Positions 10,730 through 24,149 of a stretch of 41,380 nucleotides of DNA are shown here, piece after piece. The stretch spans positions 62,001 through 103,380 of the forward strand of contig MU271284.1 in NCBI GenBank assembly GCA_021432655.1. The letters are read 5' to 3'. Origin of the DNA: Atractiella rhizophila. Its lineage: Eukaryota. The notes beneath the pieces were generated by a model. That model was not told the origin of the DNA and searched no databases. It saw only the letters and a list, made by a program, of their open reading frames with translations. The position numbers were made by a program, and so were the translations under genes. Each line of letters starts with the position of its first letter. The stretch's first letter is position 1.

Positions 10730-12233
10730 TCAAAATCCATTCGTCCCACCCCAACCCGGCGTCCTCCCCCCCACATTAGCATACGGAGTCGACGCACCCG
10801 CTCCGGCACCCGCACCAAAAGGAGTAGCAGGATGAGCCTGGCCAGGTACGACGAGGGGGGTCTGAGCGCTGAGGCCGATGAGTCCGGTGCCAGGAGCGAT
10901 GGTGAGCGCGGCATTTGGGTCGTCGGGGTTATCGAGGGAGTGTCGGATGTGGCCTATCTTGCTGATCAGCTGCTCGATGCCTTTGTACACCACCTCTTCG
11001 GGCTTCATGGACCCGACCACTTCGACGTCGAAGTAGAAGCGGGACGGACGGAGGGTGTGGTCGTAGCCGGGGACGAGGAAACGTTGTGGGTCGTTGGGGT
11101 CGATGGAGTGCGGTGGCGGTTCGCGTTCGTACTATTTGCATCATATTCGTCTCGAAAGTGTCGATGACGAGGATGAGAGACGCACCCGTCGATTTCCCTT
11201 GTCCCTATCCGCATGCTCCAAAAACCACTCCCTCCGAGGATCCGTCCCGACTTCATACCACAGATCTGTGTGTTGCATCTTGTTCCAGGGATCGTATTCG
11301 AATCCGACAGCTGAGACCGGTGACCATTTCGCGTGTTCTAGTGCCAGACCTTTGACCGCGTAGCAGTCAATGTGGATCTCTTGATTTCGACGGAGCTTGA
11401 GGAGGGTGATGCCATTGCCGGTCGTTTTGTCATCTGTTCTCCCATCGTCGTTTCATGAGATGACCTGGTGAGTGAGGAGAGGAAAGAAGAAGAGCTCACA
11501 CCAAGGAGTTGCTGCATCCCCCACCTTCTCCGTCACCCGCACTAAGTCCTTCGTCGTCACCTCCCTCGTCTCGTCATACTCCTGAGACACTTTCACACGC
11601 AGAGTATATTTGATGGAACAAAGGTCGCAAAACTCTTCACACTCGCAGTCCTGTCCATCAATCCAATCCCTACGTCAGCCATTGCTTCGTTGTGACTCTG
11701 TTAAAAGCAAAAGGTAACATTTTCAGGGAGAGGGACCAACCCGATGGTAGTTCACTGGGAGCGCGTTCTCTGTTATTAGGAGGGGAACCATGCCCAGTCG
11801 ATGAGCTATCATTTCATCGGGGAGGACGGATGAGTTGGCGTGGATGATGACTTGCTCGATCGCTTGATGGCACATAAAGATAATCCCACAAATATTGGCT
11901 CATCTCCATAGGGAAGGGGAGAAGAACACACCGATCGTTGGGATACATCCTATCATGGAGCGCCGTAACGAATTGGCGAGCCTTTTCTCCCATTCATTCT
12001 CTCAACAACAACTTCACGTGTAGACAACTCTGAACGAAAGAAGAGAAGGAAGAGAAACACACCCCAGTTCTACACCGTCAAGGATAAAAGCTACATGCTC
12101 ATCGTTATAATCCGTGACTTGTACCTGTCCTCCCAGTTCCCCTCAACTCTACGCTCCACATGCAAATTACAAGGCACACTTTTAATTCTGACCCGTTTGT
12201 GGTCCGTGGAGGATCGAGGGAGAGGGCTGACAT
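10730..12233 (-). CDS. RPB3: RNA polymerase II subunit RPB3
   Basis: [26 protein letters not shown], zinc loop [36 protein letters not shown] and [10 protein letters not shown]. Confidence 0.93.
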
Positions 12234-12393
12234 TCTACAATGGTTACTTTGTCGATTTCGTTGTTCTGGTTTTTGGCCACAAATCGTGGTGGTGCGTATT
12301 TGGCCAGCATTTCGCTTCGGGTCCGCCGCAAACGACGACCTCGCCTTCTGTCTGTTTAAGCTGGGCCGATAAGCATAGATCGCCAGTGAAGAT

Positions 12394-15300
12394 ATGGTGT
12401 CTAAGTCCCACAGGCGTCTTGACTTGAGGAAGGCCAATTTGGCGGCTGTTCAAGGTGCGATGTCCTTCCACGAGCGTGCACTTTGTATCTGACGCCTATT
12501 CGTTGGTAGATGTTCCCTCCACCCCACCGCTTGGTAGCTCAAAGCTCGACTCCTCTCTTAAACGCCACACTGCTCTCATTAAAAAGCTCAAAACTTCCCT
12601 CCACAGCGCTCCGTCGGCGGAGTTCATTAAAGAGATCAAAGGGTTGACCATAATGAAATACATGGAGGAAGTCGTCAGTGCGGTCGTGGAGGGCACGGGG
12701 AAATGTAGGAAGGAAGGAGAGGTGCAAGGAGCTGTCGAGGTGCGTTTCCACTCAACTTGACTTGAAATGGAGCGACGCGGAACTGTTTCCGTTACGTCCA
12801 TTCATAACCACCTGGGTTGTTTCAATGTCCAAGCATAAGCCCCCCTGTCTGTCACATCCATTAGGTATGCTGCCATTGATGGGCTGCTCTCTCGAATATA
12901 ACCGGGCTTCCCGACATTCTTCATGGCCTGTCAATAATTAATGCGCGCGCAGGAGAATAATACGCGCCATTCACTATATTTGCCAACCGTGAGAACGCTG
13001 CGTTATTCTCGAAAAGTGACTAGCCTCGCTAAAGCCCTCAGGACCGTTGATCCTGACACGCTCCATGTCAATTCTACAAAGTCTCACTAAATTAGCCAAG
13101 ACCGGCAGCTAACAGAATTATGTAGGTCATGTCCGCGATGCACCAACGCTTTCCAACACTGTTCACGCCGCCATTAACCGCAAACTTCCTCTCTCTTCTA
13201 GCACCCAGCAAAGCCTCTGCTAGTGCAGCGCCTGAACAACGGGAGAAGGAAGATACCGCAAGAGTTTCTCGCCAACGAGTACTTCTACGCATTTTCGCAG
13301 AACTCGAGCTCGTCGGTTTGGTGATGACGCCCACTGGACCAACAAAGAATGAGGGCGAAAACACATTTCAAATAATTAAAGAACTCGTACGTTGTCCTCT
13401 TCCCAGAACCACCAGAGAGGAGCTGATAGTGCAATTACTGGTGTAAAGTTGACGGCAGACAAGGAGGCGCTCCTCCTTTCCATTCCTGTAGCTACGGCGT
13501 TCGCTAAGCAATTGGGAAATCTATTCCTTCCAAGCAGTGCAGACAACCCCCCTCTTGTTGATGATGCAGACAATTCACTTGGAGACGAAGATATCATCCC
13601 CGTTCCCATGAAAGAAAAGTTCAAGAAACTTTTCACGCAGTATTATGATGCTCTGAGCAGGAGGGCTGTCAAGGAGAACCTTGTTCGCTATCCGGTTGTT
13701 CGAACAGCTTAGGCTGACTGGTTTGAAACAGTTCATGAAGGAAACGGACCGCCGGAATCACGAAGCATACATTCGCTCGGGTCAAATTTTTGAGGATCGA
13801 GCTCAGAATTACGAGACTCTGGCCAAGTCCTTTGAGAAGCTATGGGCTGGCGTGACGAGGTTTGTTCTCCGCCTCTATCGAACACAATCTACAGTCTGAA
13901 TATGTACCTGCAGCCTCTCAGAAGTCTTGGGAACATCCGTGCCTGAGCTGCCTTCCCTTCCTTCAACGACAATTACTTCTACTATTTCTTTTGGAGGCTC
14001 TACTGGTGGACCGACCGAAGGAGAAGGTGTGGGTAGCATCTGGGCTGATGAAGAAGAGCGGAAGTTTTACGAGGACATCGTGGACCTCAAAGGCGAAGTT
14101 CCTGGGAGCGTCCTTGTTTCCACCCAACAACCGCAGACCAGTAATGCGCCAGCCAAACTTACTTCCGTCCCAGAACCTATCAAGGCAGAAGAGGCAGAAG
14201 ACGACGATGACGCGTACGTTTTCCAGACCTCGTTCAGTCACCAAATTGAACTTGTATTTGGACAGACCTCCAACCTTAAAAGAAGATCCTGAGGAAGCTC
14301 TCCCTCCCGCTCCCGCCGCACAGTTGCAAGCTATACTCGCCCGACTGCCAGAGTGTACAAGTCGAGCAACCATCGACAAAGCTGCTGTTGATTTCGCTTT
14401 CTTGAATAGCAAACCGGCGAGAAAACGCCTGACAAGAGTACGTATTGTACGAAATGTTTGAATCAAGCTTAATATCCAACAGTTCTTAGCCTCCGTTAGC
14501 AGGAATCGTACCGACTTGTTGCCGTACTATGCTCGGCTGACAGCGACGCTGAGCAAGTATATGCCGGATATTGGGAGTGGGTTGATTGCTGCAGTGAGTT
14601 AACACCTTTCCGTTGACACTGATTTTGATTATTCCGTGAAGCTAGAAGACGAATTCCGCTACCTGCAAAGGAAAAAAAGCGTCAATCTTGCTGAAACGAG
14701 AGCGAAGGTTAGTACATCCTTGTGCATCACTTGTCGCGGCTGAAGCAACGTAGAACACGCGCTACCTTGCAGAGCTCACCAAATTCAAGATCACGCCAAA
14801 CCATCTCATCCTTTTCTGCATCAAGTCGTGTGTCGATGACCTTACCGGACCCAATGTTGACAATCTCTGTAATCTCCTGGAAGGCTCTGGTCGCTTCTTA
14901 CTAAAATCTGAAGCGACTGGAGAGAAGACTGCTTCTCTGGTTGGTATTCTGACTCTACTATATCTAGCAAAGATTCATTAGGCCCGAATAGTTGGACGTG
15001 ATGAAACGGAAAAAGGCGGCTCAAAATTTCACCCATCAGCAAATAACTATGTTGGAAAATGCTTATTACCAGGTTGGTAGTGACGACAATTTGTGCGGCT
15101 AGCTCATAAGCTCGTTCAGTGCGATCCGCCAGACAGAGTCGTTATCCCGCCAAAGGAAAGAACGCCAATGGAGCTGTTTTTGCGGCACCTGTTTTTCAAT
15201 GTCTTGACCAAAAAGACGATCGACTCCGTGATAAAGACGTTGAGAAAGATGCATTGGGAGGATCCCAAGGTAAGCGTTAATTTAGACCCCGATATGCAGC

Positions 15301-18300
15301 TCAGCTCCGTGCAGATATTTCAGTTGCTTGTGTCGCACTTTACCAAAGTTTGGAAAGCTAAATTCAGCAATATTCATCTGTTTGCCATCCTTCTTCATGA
15401 TCTATCAAAGTTTCACCCGGACTTTCACGTCGTGGTTGTCGATCAAGTGCTGGAGAATCTAAAAGTCGGTATGGAAGTATGTAACTTCCTAAACCTGTCT
15501 ACACAGTCTTATTTCTCTCTCAAGGTCAATAACTTTAAATACAATCAGCAGAGGATCGCCACCATCAAGTACATCGGCGAGATGTACAACTATCGCGTCA
15601 TCGATTCGAAAGTCGTTCTCGATGTGCTATGGACCCTCACCATGTTTGGACACCGTGCGTCTCGACTTTCCGTCCCTAACCTGATTAAATGCTATTTCCA
15701 GCTGGAAATCGCCCATCACCTGAGGATCCTTCTTTACGAGATGCCGCCGATGATTTCTTTAGAGTCCGGTTGACGTGCACTCTTCTGGACACTTGCGGAT
15801 CATGCTTTGATCGAGGACAGCTCAGAAAGAAGCTTGACCATTTTCTCATCTTCTTCCAGGTAGTTCCCTTTCACTGCTTGAACATACCATTCTAACAATA
15901 TATGCCTCAGATGTACATTCTTGCGAAGCAAACTCCACCAATGGATGTCGGCTTTATGATCAACGACACTTTTGATGTTAGTTCGTTTATCTTCCGGTCC
16001 CGTCGACTAACGATGTCAGCTAGTCATTACGCCCCAAGATGACGATGATGAAGACATACGAGGAAGCTTCGAATGCAGTAGACAACATGGTTGCCGCTAA
16101 TCAGGCTGCCGTAGAATCCCACGAGCCTGGTGTGTAACATCATGCAGTTCGGCGTGATCTCACAGCATTTTAGCTGAAGAAGAGCTCGATGACGATGCAT
16201 CAGATGGAGAAGTCGATATTGCCAGTGATCCCATGGAACTAGCTTCAGACAGCGAGTCAAGCGATGAAGCTGAAGAAGACGTATGTGATTATTCTTGGCC
16301 ATACAATTAATCTGAAATCCGGTATGCGTAGCCTGATGCTCATGAGGCCGAAAGGGACGAGAGTGAAGACGAAGACGAGATGGAAATTGGTCGAAACACC
16401 TCCTACGGTCCTACTGTAATCACCAGAGAAGAGCTAATAATGCAATTATTGGTGTAAAGTTGACGGCAGACAAGGAGGCGCTCCTCCTTTCCATTCCTGT
16501 AGCTACGGCTTTCGCTAAGCAATTGGGCAATCTATTCCTTCCAAGCAGTGCAGACAACCCCCCTCTTGTTGATGATGCAGACAATTCACTTGGAGACGAA
16601 GATATCATCCCCGTTCCCATGAAAGAAAAGTTCAAGAAACTTTTCACGCAGTATTATGATGCTCTAAGCAGGAGGGCTGTCAAAGAGAACCTTGTTCGCT
16701 ATCCCGTTGTTCGAACAGCTTAGGCTGACTGGTTTGAAACAGTTCATGAAGGAAACGGACCGCCGGAATCACGAAGCATACATTCGCTCAGGTCAAATTT
16801 TCGAGGATCGAGCTCAGAATTACGAGACTCTGGCCAAGTCCTTTGAGAAGCTATGGGCTGGCGTGACGAGGTTTGTTCTCCGCCTCTATCGAACACAATC
16901 TACAGTCTGAATATGTACCTGCAGCCTCTCAGAAGTCTTGGGAACATCCGTGCCTGAGCTGCCTTCCCTTCCTTCAACGACAATTACTTCTACTATTTCT
17001 TTTGGAGGCTCTACTGGTGGACCGACCGAAGGAGAAGGTGTGGGTAGCATCTGGGCTGATGAAGAAGAGCGGAAGTTTTACGAGGACATCGTGGACCTCA
17101 AAGGCGAAGTTCCTGGGAGCGTCCTTGTTTCCACCCAACAACCGCAGACCAGTAATGCGCCAGCCAAACCTACTTCCGTCCCAGAACCTATCAAGGCAGA
17201 AGAGGCAGAAGACGACGATGACGCGTACGTTTTCCAGACCTCGTTCAGTCACCAAGTGGAACTTGTATTTGGACAGACCCCCAACCTTAAAAGAAGATCC
17301 TGAGGAAGCCCTCCCTCCGGCTCCCGCCGCACAGTTGCAAGCTATACTCGCCCGACTGCCAGAGTGTACAAGTCGAGCAACCATCGACAAAGCTGCTGTT
17401 GATTTCGCTTTCTTGAATAGCAAACCGGCGAGAAAACGCCTGACAAGAGTATGTGTTGGACGAAATGTCTGAGCCAAGCTTAACGTCCAACAGTTCTTAG
17501 CCTCCGTTAGCAGGAATCGTACCGACTTGTTGCCCTACTATGCCCGACTGACTGCGACGCTGAGCAAGTACATGCCGGATATTGGGAGTGGGTTGATTGC
17601 TGCAGTGAGTTAACACCTTTCTGTTGACACTGATTTGATTATTGCCTGAAGCTGGAAGACGAATTCCGCTACCTGCAGAGGAAAAAAAGTGTCAATCTTG
17701 CCGAAACGAGAGCGAAAGTTAGTATATCCTTGTGCATCACTCATGGCGGCTGAAGCAACCTAGAACACCCGTTACCTTGCAGAGCTCACCAAATTCAAGA
17801 TCACGCCAAACCATCTCATCCTTTTCTGCATCAAGTCGTGTGTCGATGACCTTACCGGACCCAATGTTGACAATCTCTGTAATCTCCTGGAAGGCTCTGG
17901 TCGCTTCTTACTAAAATCTGAAGCGACCGGGGAGAAGACTGCTTCCCTCGTTGGTATTTTGACTCTACTATATCTAGCAAAGGTTCATGAGGCCCGAATA
18001 GTTGGAGGTGATGAAACGGAAAAAGGCGGCTCAAAATTTCACCCATCAGCAAATCACTATGTTGGAAAATGCTTATTACCAGGTTGGTAGTGACGACAAT
18101 TGTGCGGCTAGCTCATAAGCTCGTTCAGTGCGATCCGCCAGACAGAGTCGTTATCCCGCCAAAGGAAAGAACGCCAATGGAACTGTTTTTGCGGCACCTG
18201 TTTTTCAATGTCTTGACCAAAAAGACGATCGACTCCGTGATAAAGACGTTGAGAAAAATGCATTGGGAGGATCCCAAGGTTAGCGTTTATTCAGGCCCTT

Positions 18301-19944
18301 ATATGCAGTATGCAGCTCAACTCTGTGCAGATATTTCAGTTGCTTGTGTCGCACTTTACGAAAGTTTGGAAAGCTAAATTCAGCAATATTCATCTGTTCG
18401 CTATCCTTCTTCATGATTTATCAAAGTTTCATCCGGACTTTCACGTTGTGGTCGTCGATCAAGTGCTGGAGAACCTAAAAATCGGTATGGAAGTATGTAA
18501 CTTCTTAAACGTCTCTACACAGTCTTATTTCTCTCTCAAGGTCAATAACTTTAAATACAATCAGCAGAGGATCGCCACCATCAAGTACATTGGCGAGATG
18601 TACAACTATCGCGTTATCGATTCGAAAGTCGTTCTCGATGTGCTCTGGACCCTCACTATGTTTGGACATCGTGTGTCTCGACTTTGCGTCCCTAACCTGA
18701 TTAAATGCTATTTCCAGCTGGAAATCGCCCATCACCTGAGGATCCTTCTTTACGAGATGCTGCCGATGATTTCTTTAGAGTCCGGTTGACGTGCACTCTT
18801 CTGGACACTTGCGGATCATGCTTTGATCGAGGACAGCTCAGAAAGAAGCTTGACCATTTTCTCATCTTCTTCCAGGTAGTTCCCTTTCACTGCTTGAACA
18901 TACCATTCTAACAATATATGCCTCAGATGTACATTCTTGCGAAGCAAACTCCACCAATGGATGTCGGCTTTATGATCAACGACACTTTTGATGTTAGTTC
19001 GTTTATCTTCCTGTCCCGTCGACTAATGATGTCAGCTAGTCATTACGCCCCAAGATGACGATGATGAAGACATACGAGGAAGCTTCGAATGCTGTAGACA
19101 ACATGGTTGCCGCTAATCAGGCTGCCGTAGAATCCCACGAGCCTGGTGTGTAACATCATGCAGTTCGGCGTGATCTCACAGCATTTTAGCTGAAGAAGAG
19201 CTCGATGATGATGCATCAGATGGAGAAGTCGATATTGCCAGTGATCCCATGGAACTAGCTTCAGACAGCGAGTCAAGCGATGAAGCTGAAGAAGACGTAT
19301 GTGATTATTCTTGGCCATACAATTAATCTGAAATCCGGTATGCGTAGCCTGATGCTCATGAGGCCGAAAGGGACGAGAGTGAAGACGAAGACGAGATGGA
19401 AATTGGTCGAAACACCTCCTACGGTCCTACTGTTGAGGATGAAGAAGAATTCGAAAGGGAACTGGCGAAGATGATGATTGACACTAGTGATTCTAGAAAG
19501 GCCGCGAATGAAAAGAGAACGGCCCTCGCAGATGTGGCGTTGCCAGTTTGGAAGAAAAAGGAAAAGATCCGGGATGAAGAACTGGATGATGAGGAGGATG
19601 GGCTTCAACACATGAAGTTCACGGTACTGACAAAGAAAGGGAACAAAAATCAGGTACGCTATTCTTCCCCCAATTCGACGAAATCTAATTAGTTGTAGAC
19701 ACGGACGCTGCAAGTACCTGTCGATAGTGCTATCGCTGTACACACTCGAAGCAAACAAGAGCAAGTGAGGGCAGAACAGCAGCAGCTCAAAAAGCTTGTC
19801 TTGGAGTTCGAAGAAAGAGAGGAAGCTCAGGAGAAGAAGAGTGAGTGATGCAGATGACCTGGGCTTTTTTGACAACGTCTTTCAGGTCTGCAAGAAAGTA
19901 TGGCGAAGAGAGGTATCAGAATCAAGTACGGTGAACCAGCATAA
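12394..19944 (+). CDS. UPF2: Nonsense-mediated decay factor Upf2 (MIF4G domains), carrying an internal 3-kb tandem duplication
   Basis: LDSSLKRHTALIKKLK, HEAYIRSGQIFEDR, IWADEEERKFYEDIVDLK, IDKAAVDFAFLNSK, DDFFRVRLTCTLLDTCG, and a C-terminal Upf1-binding-like region FTVLTKKGNKNQTR. Confidence 0.9.
12762..13071 (+). other. Structured intronic element bounded by a 13-nt imperfect inverted repeat in UPF2 intron 2
   Basis: ttgaaatggagcg (12762-12774) pairs with cgctccatgtcaa (13059-13071) at 12 of 13 positions, and several internal hairpins lie between them. Confidence 0.45.
13407..19433 (+). repeat. Tandem direct duplication: unit 1 13407-16417 (3011 bp), unit 2 16418-19433 (3016 bp)
   Basis: The two units align along their whole length with scattered substitutions and small indels. 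The junction reads cctactgt|aatcaccagag. Confidence 0.97.
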
Positions 19945-20442
19945 CACTGAATAAATCGCTCTCGCTATCACTTTGCCGGTCGCACCCATTCCTTACAGGC
20001 ACAATGATGTCGTAAGCCGTGCAAACATCTGAAGCAATGCTCGGCGTCCAGACTTCATGAACAGATGAGAGACAGGTGTTGGTAGTCTCTACCATTGGTT
20101 AGACTTACAGTGATAGTGGTGACGAAATCAAGTTTAGGCATGACATACCTGGCGAGGTAAAATTATAGAGTGAGCTGTGATGCAAATGAGCAAGAGCTAC
20201 CTATTTTATCCGCACACAGATTCCTTGTTAAAATTGAGAGAGAGATCCAGGCACTAGTATTCAAGCATAGTTTGAATGGCAATAGGTGAACGGGGCACAG
20301 AGCTCGAATCATAGATCGCTCTTAAGAAATTAAAGCTGCTTGTAGTACAGTGTGACTGAAAGGCGGGCTCACTCACTGCTGGGTGACCATTTGTGATTTG
20401 TGAGCATATTGGCGCTTCGTTATCGCTTGGAAAGAAGAACAA

Positions 20443-21804
20443 ATGCAGAAGGCCTTGAACAATCATCACCTTGCCAGTCACGGTGTGGTACCACCGCTCT
20501 CAGCAGCAGAGTATGCCTTCTGTGCCTCCATCCCCAAGCTCGAGGTCCATGCACATCTGAACGGGTCCATTCCACGATCTACTATCGCTGAGCTCAAAGA
20601 AAAGTTCTTGGAGGAAAATGGAGTTGAAGGGAATGAGGACCTCGTCAGCTGGGACCTTGACGAATTCACCATGGAGAAGATTGATGAGTGCGTGCCCAGG
20701 TGTCCTTTATGACTTTCGCAGTGCTAACGTCGTCGTGGGTGTATAATGACATAGCTTCTTTCCACTCTTCAGTTCCAAGATCTATCGTCTGACGTCTTCT
20801 CCTTCCCTCCTCGCTCATGCCACCGCGGCAGTTTTGGACTACTTTCAATCCCACAATGTCGCCTATCTGGAACTCCGTTCTACTCCTCGTCTTTTTGCCA
20901 ACTTGGATTCCTTTCTGCCTTACATCCAGACGATTCTCTCGTCCATCTCTGACTTCGCGGCCACAACCTCTCAAAAATATCGCCCATGGAAGATGGTCAC
21001 GAAACTGGTCCTCAGCGTCGATCGTCGTCATTCCATGTCTACTGCCTCTCAGATCATAGACGCTGCCATCATGCTCAAAAATCAGGGAGAGCCTGTTGTT
21101 GGCATAGACTTATGCGGAGATCCGAGATCAGGAGATCCAGTAGTTTTCAGGGAGTTATTCCTGAAAGCGAAGCACGCTGGATTGGGGACCACAGTACACT
21201 TTGCTGAGGTTTGTCTTTACGTCCTGTCTTGTGTCGTTTTGTACGCAAGATACACGATTATTCAGTCCGCTGAGTAGAGGCTGAATAATTAGATTCCTGA
21301 TCCTCCTTCTGGCTTGGACTCAGATATGGAAGCACTTCGGTGCCTCACACCTGACCGTTTAGGCCATGGCACATACATCCACCGCTCATTGTCGACAGAA
21401 CAGTGGGTGTTAGACTCTAAACAGGGGATTGCGATAGAGATGTGTATCACTTCGAACGTGTTTTGCGGGACGGTTCCATCATTGGAAGAACACCATGTTC
21501 GATGGGCCATTCAAAATGAAGTGCCCATCCTCATTTGTGTGAGCATTGTTTCTTTTGCTGACATAGAGCGGCTGATAACTACCCTTTCCCACAACAGACG
21601 GACGATTCGCTGGTTTTCCGATGCTCACCAACCGACGAGTACTCCCTCGTTCTTAGCCTGATACCTGGGGAAGGACATGCGAGGAAGAAGGTACTAATGG
21701 ACATCCTGTCTCGTGGCGTTGAGCATCTGTTCTGCGACGAAGAAGAAAAGCAGTCTATCAAGCGATTGATTGAGAGTGTCCCGTCAAGCCTTGAAGCGAA
21801 TTGA
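20443..21804 (+). CDS. Adenosine deaminase-like protein (ADAL/MAPDA-type N6-methyl-AMP deaminase family)
   Basis: PKLEVHAHLNGSI, YLELRSTPR, VVGIDLCGDP, HFAE, RLGHGT, EMCITSN and CTDD. Confidence 0.88.
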
Positions 21805-21956
21805 GATGAGGCTGACAGAAACCAGAGGCATGCGTACATGTGTCAAGGTGGATTCATGTGTTTACAGAATATTTACAGGTCATTCTATACACAAGACGGA
21901 AATGTAAGCAGTATTTCATATATCTCGAAAAATGAGTGTAGTTGCTGGATATCATT

Positions 21957-23022
21957 TTACTCAGTATCCTGATGAGTTCCTTTCGACACTGCACTCCTCG
22001 TGTTCATGGCTGGCACATCCCGGCCCACACTGTTCACCTTCGCTTTCTTATTTGGCGGCTTTCTTCCGACAAGAGACTCAGGGTTGTGATCAGCTTGAAG
22101 CAAGCAAGACATTCAGCGGTGTGTTTAATTTAGCGAAAGTGCAAACCTCGTGGTCAACGGCGCTACCCCCTTCGTCGTCTTCACCAGTGCTATTGGATTT
22201 AGCGCTCGTTTGCGTTTTTTCGAAACCTTTGTCGTCTTAGAATGCGTGGCATCGACATTGCAGAGAAAGAATCAACCTCTTTGGCGCCATTGGCTTCGTA
22301 GTTTTCGGAGGAGATTTCTTCCTCCTCCTCTTCAACATGGTCCGTGATATCCTGTAAGTGTGTCAACTTTGACGAATATCGTCCAAGATTGCGGCTGGTG
22401 TGACTAACCTCAGACTCATAAGCTTCTTCTTCTTCGTCTACCTTTCCGATTTGGTCCTGATGCCCCCGACCGTTACTCAGTTTTCCTGAGAAGATAGGAT
22501 ACCGTACGTACCTTTTCCACATCCTCCTCATCCACAACGTGACCATCAACGTCGATTACGTCCTCTTCACCTCCTTCCTCGCTTTCCCGAATTACGTCCT
22601 CCTTCATGCCCAATTTCGCTTTTTTCTCTTCGACGCTCTTCCCTGTGCTCTCCAAATCCACCTCGTTCAATTCGCTCGCTCTCTTCAGTACATCCACCTA
22701 AGCACAGCAGAGCAAACACACAGTCAAATCAGTGACTGCTTGCATCTATGAAATCTAAAACAGACTCACGCCTTTCGATGTTTTGATGTGCACGGCAGGG
22801 TTCTCCGCGTCGCCCTTCTTCGTAACTCTCGTGTTGTTCTTGCTCGTGATGGTCTTTGGCTTTTTGTCCACCGAGACAATTTTCCCTGTTGGAGTAGAGT
22901 CTGGAAGTGTACCGTTTAGTAAGTGATGATGTTGGTTGGGGATCTGGGTGAGACAGTTACGCACGACCCCAGTTCCAGGAGACTTCTTCCCCTTGTTGAA
23001 GCTCAGATGCTGGCTTGACCAT
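21957..23022 (-). CDS. DUF2945/HVA1-like Tudor-domain protein with acidic tail (3' exon structure uncertain)
   Basis: GEEVSWNWG..TPTGKI..TITSKNNTRVTKKGDAENPAVHI..DVLKRASEL. The reading frame near 22200-22280 could not be resolved cleanly. Confidence 0.65.
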
Positions 23023-23474
23023 GTTGGAAGAAATGGAGTGGATTTTGTTTATTGTGAAAATGTACGTGCTGGGGGGGCGCGGAGGATTATGAGCAATGCA
23101 CCTGCTATATAGCTTGCTACGAGCGCTGGTTTTATAGACTTGGAAATATGGCTCTACGAGACCTCCTAAGGCTGCTCTCGCAAATCGAGATAAGTAGAGA
23201 CTTCCTCATATCTAGCCATGATATCATTCGTGCCACTTCCGGGTTCAAAACAACAGCCGACAGCGACGACAATCTATCAAGTTGAGACAATGGATGTGTT
23301 ATGTATGTAAACACTTTGTGCTACCCTAAAGAAGAATGAAGCCATATGAAGCATAAAAGAAGGAAGGGTCATAGTTTTGGCCATCAATCATGAAAGGACA
23401 ACAATGACGTCACGTGTAGAAGACGGAGGAAGACTACACGTCGTCTCTCTAATCCTTCTCTAATCTCCTCCTCC

Positions 23475-24048
23475 ATGTCCGACTCTCCTCCATCAAGCCT
23501 CCCACCCCCACCAACGCTTCCCACCACCAACACAACCTGGCGGGACGTCTCAGCGTCCAAGCTCTCCTGGACGAGCGCCAAACGGGACCCATGCGTCGTC
23601 GGCCCGCTGCTGTACGGCCTCGTGGGAGGGACGACGGTGGGGGTTGGGACGCTCATCTTTAGTCGACGGGGTGCGTCTTCATTGTTTACATCCGTCTCGT
23701 GCGCTCTGTGAGGCGGGAGGTGATGAGAGGTTAGTGTAGGGTCGAGACCTTTGAGAACTTTTAGCAACTTTGCGATTCCTACCGGAGCGCTCGTCGCGAC
23801 TGTTTCTTGGTGCGTTTTTTGCCTTTTTTGTCTGTGTTTGCGGAGTAAAACGGTTGTTGAATGGTGGGTGGGACAGGTATGGATGTCGACGGAAGATGTT
23901 GATTGAGAGACAGAAGATGGAGGCTTTGAAGGACATGTATCGGTTGGCTAATTTGAAGAAGAAAGAGAAAGAGGAGGTGGAGAGGAGGGAGCGGGAGCGG
24001 TTGGCGAGTTCGAAGGAGGAGACGAAGAAGAAGGGGTGGTTTTGGTAG
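23475..24048 (+). CDS. COX20: Cytochrome c oxidase assembly factor Cox20-like (3 exons)
   Basis: PCVVGPLLYGLVGGTTVG (first TM segment), SNFAIPTGALVATVSWYGCR (second TM segment with WxxC) and a charged coiled tail. Confidence 0.65.
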
Positions 24049-24149
24049 CTTTACCGCTCGAACTTGCTTTGATATTATCATTATCAATTCTCTGCTCCAT
24101 GTCATGGTGTGTTGATGTTGCAACCGCAACAACGATGTTTGCATCGAGC

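Noticed and set aside
12836..12912. RNase MRP/P CR-V-like string ACAGACAGGGGGGCTTA on the minus strand
   Set aside because: The only CR-I-like partner is about 60 nt away, and neither is positioned relative to a P1 stem as required.
22200..22280. Frame discontinuity in the tail of the DUF2945 gene
   Set aside because: It cannot be distinguished from a single-base sequencing error or a mis-chosen splice site in a low-complexity tail.
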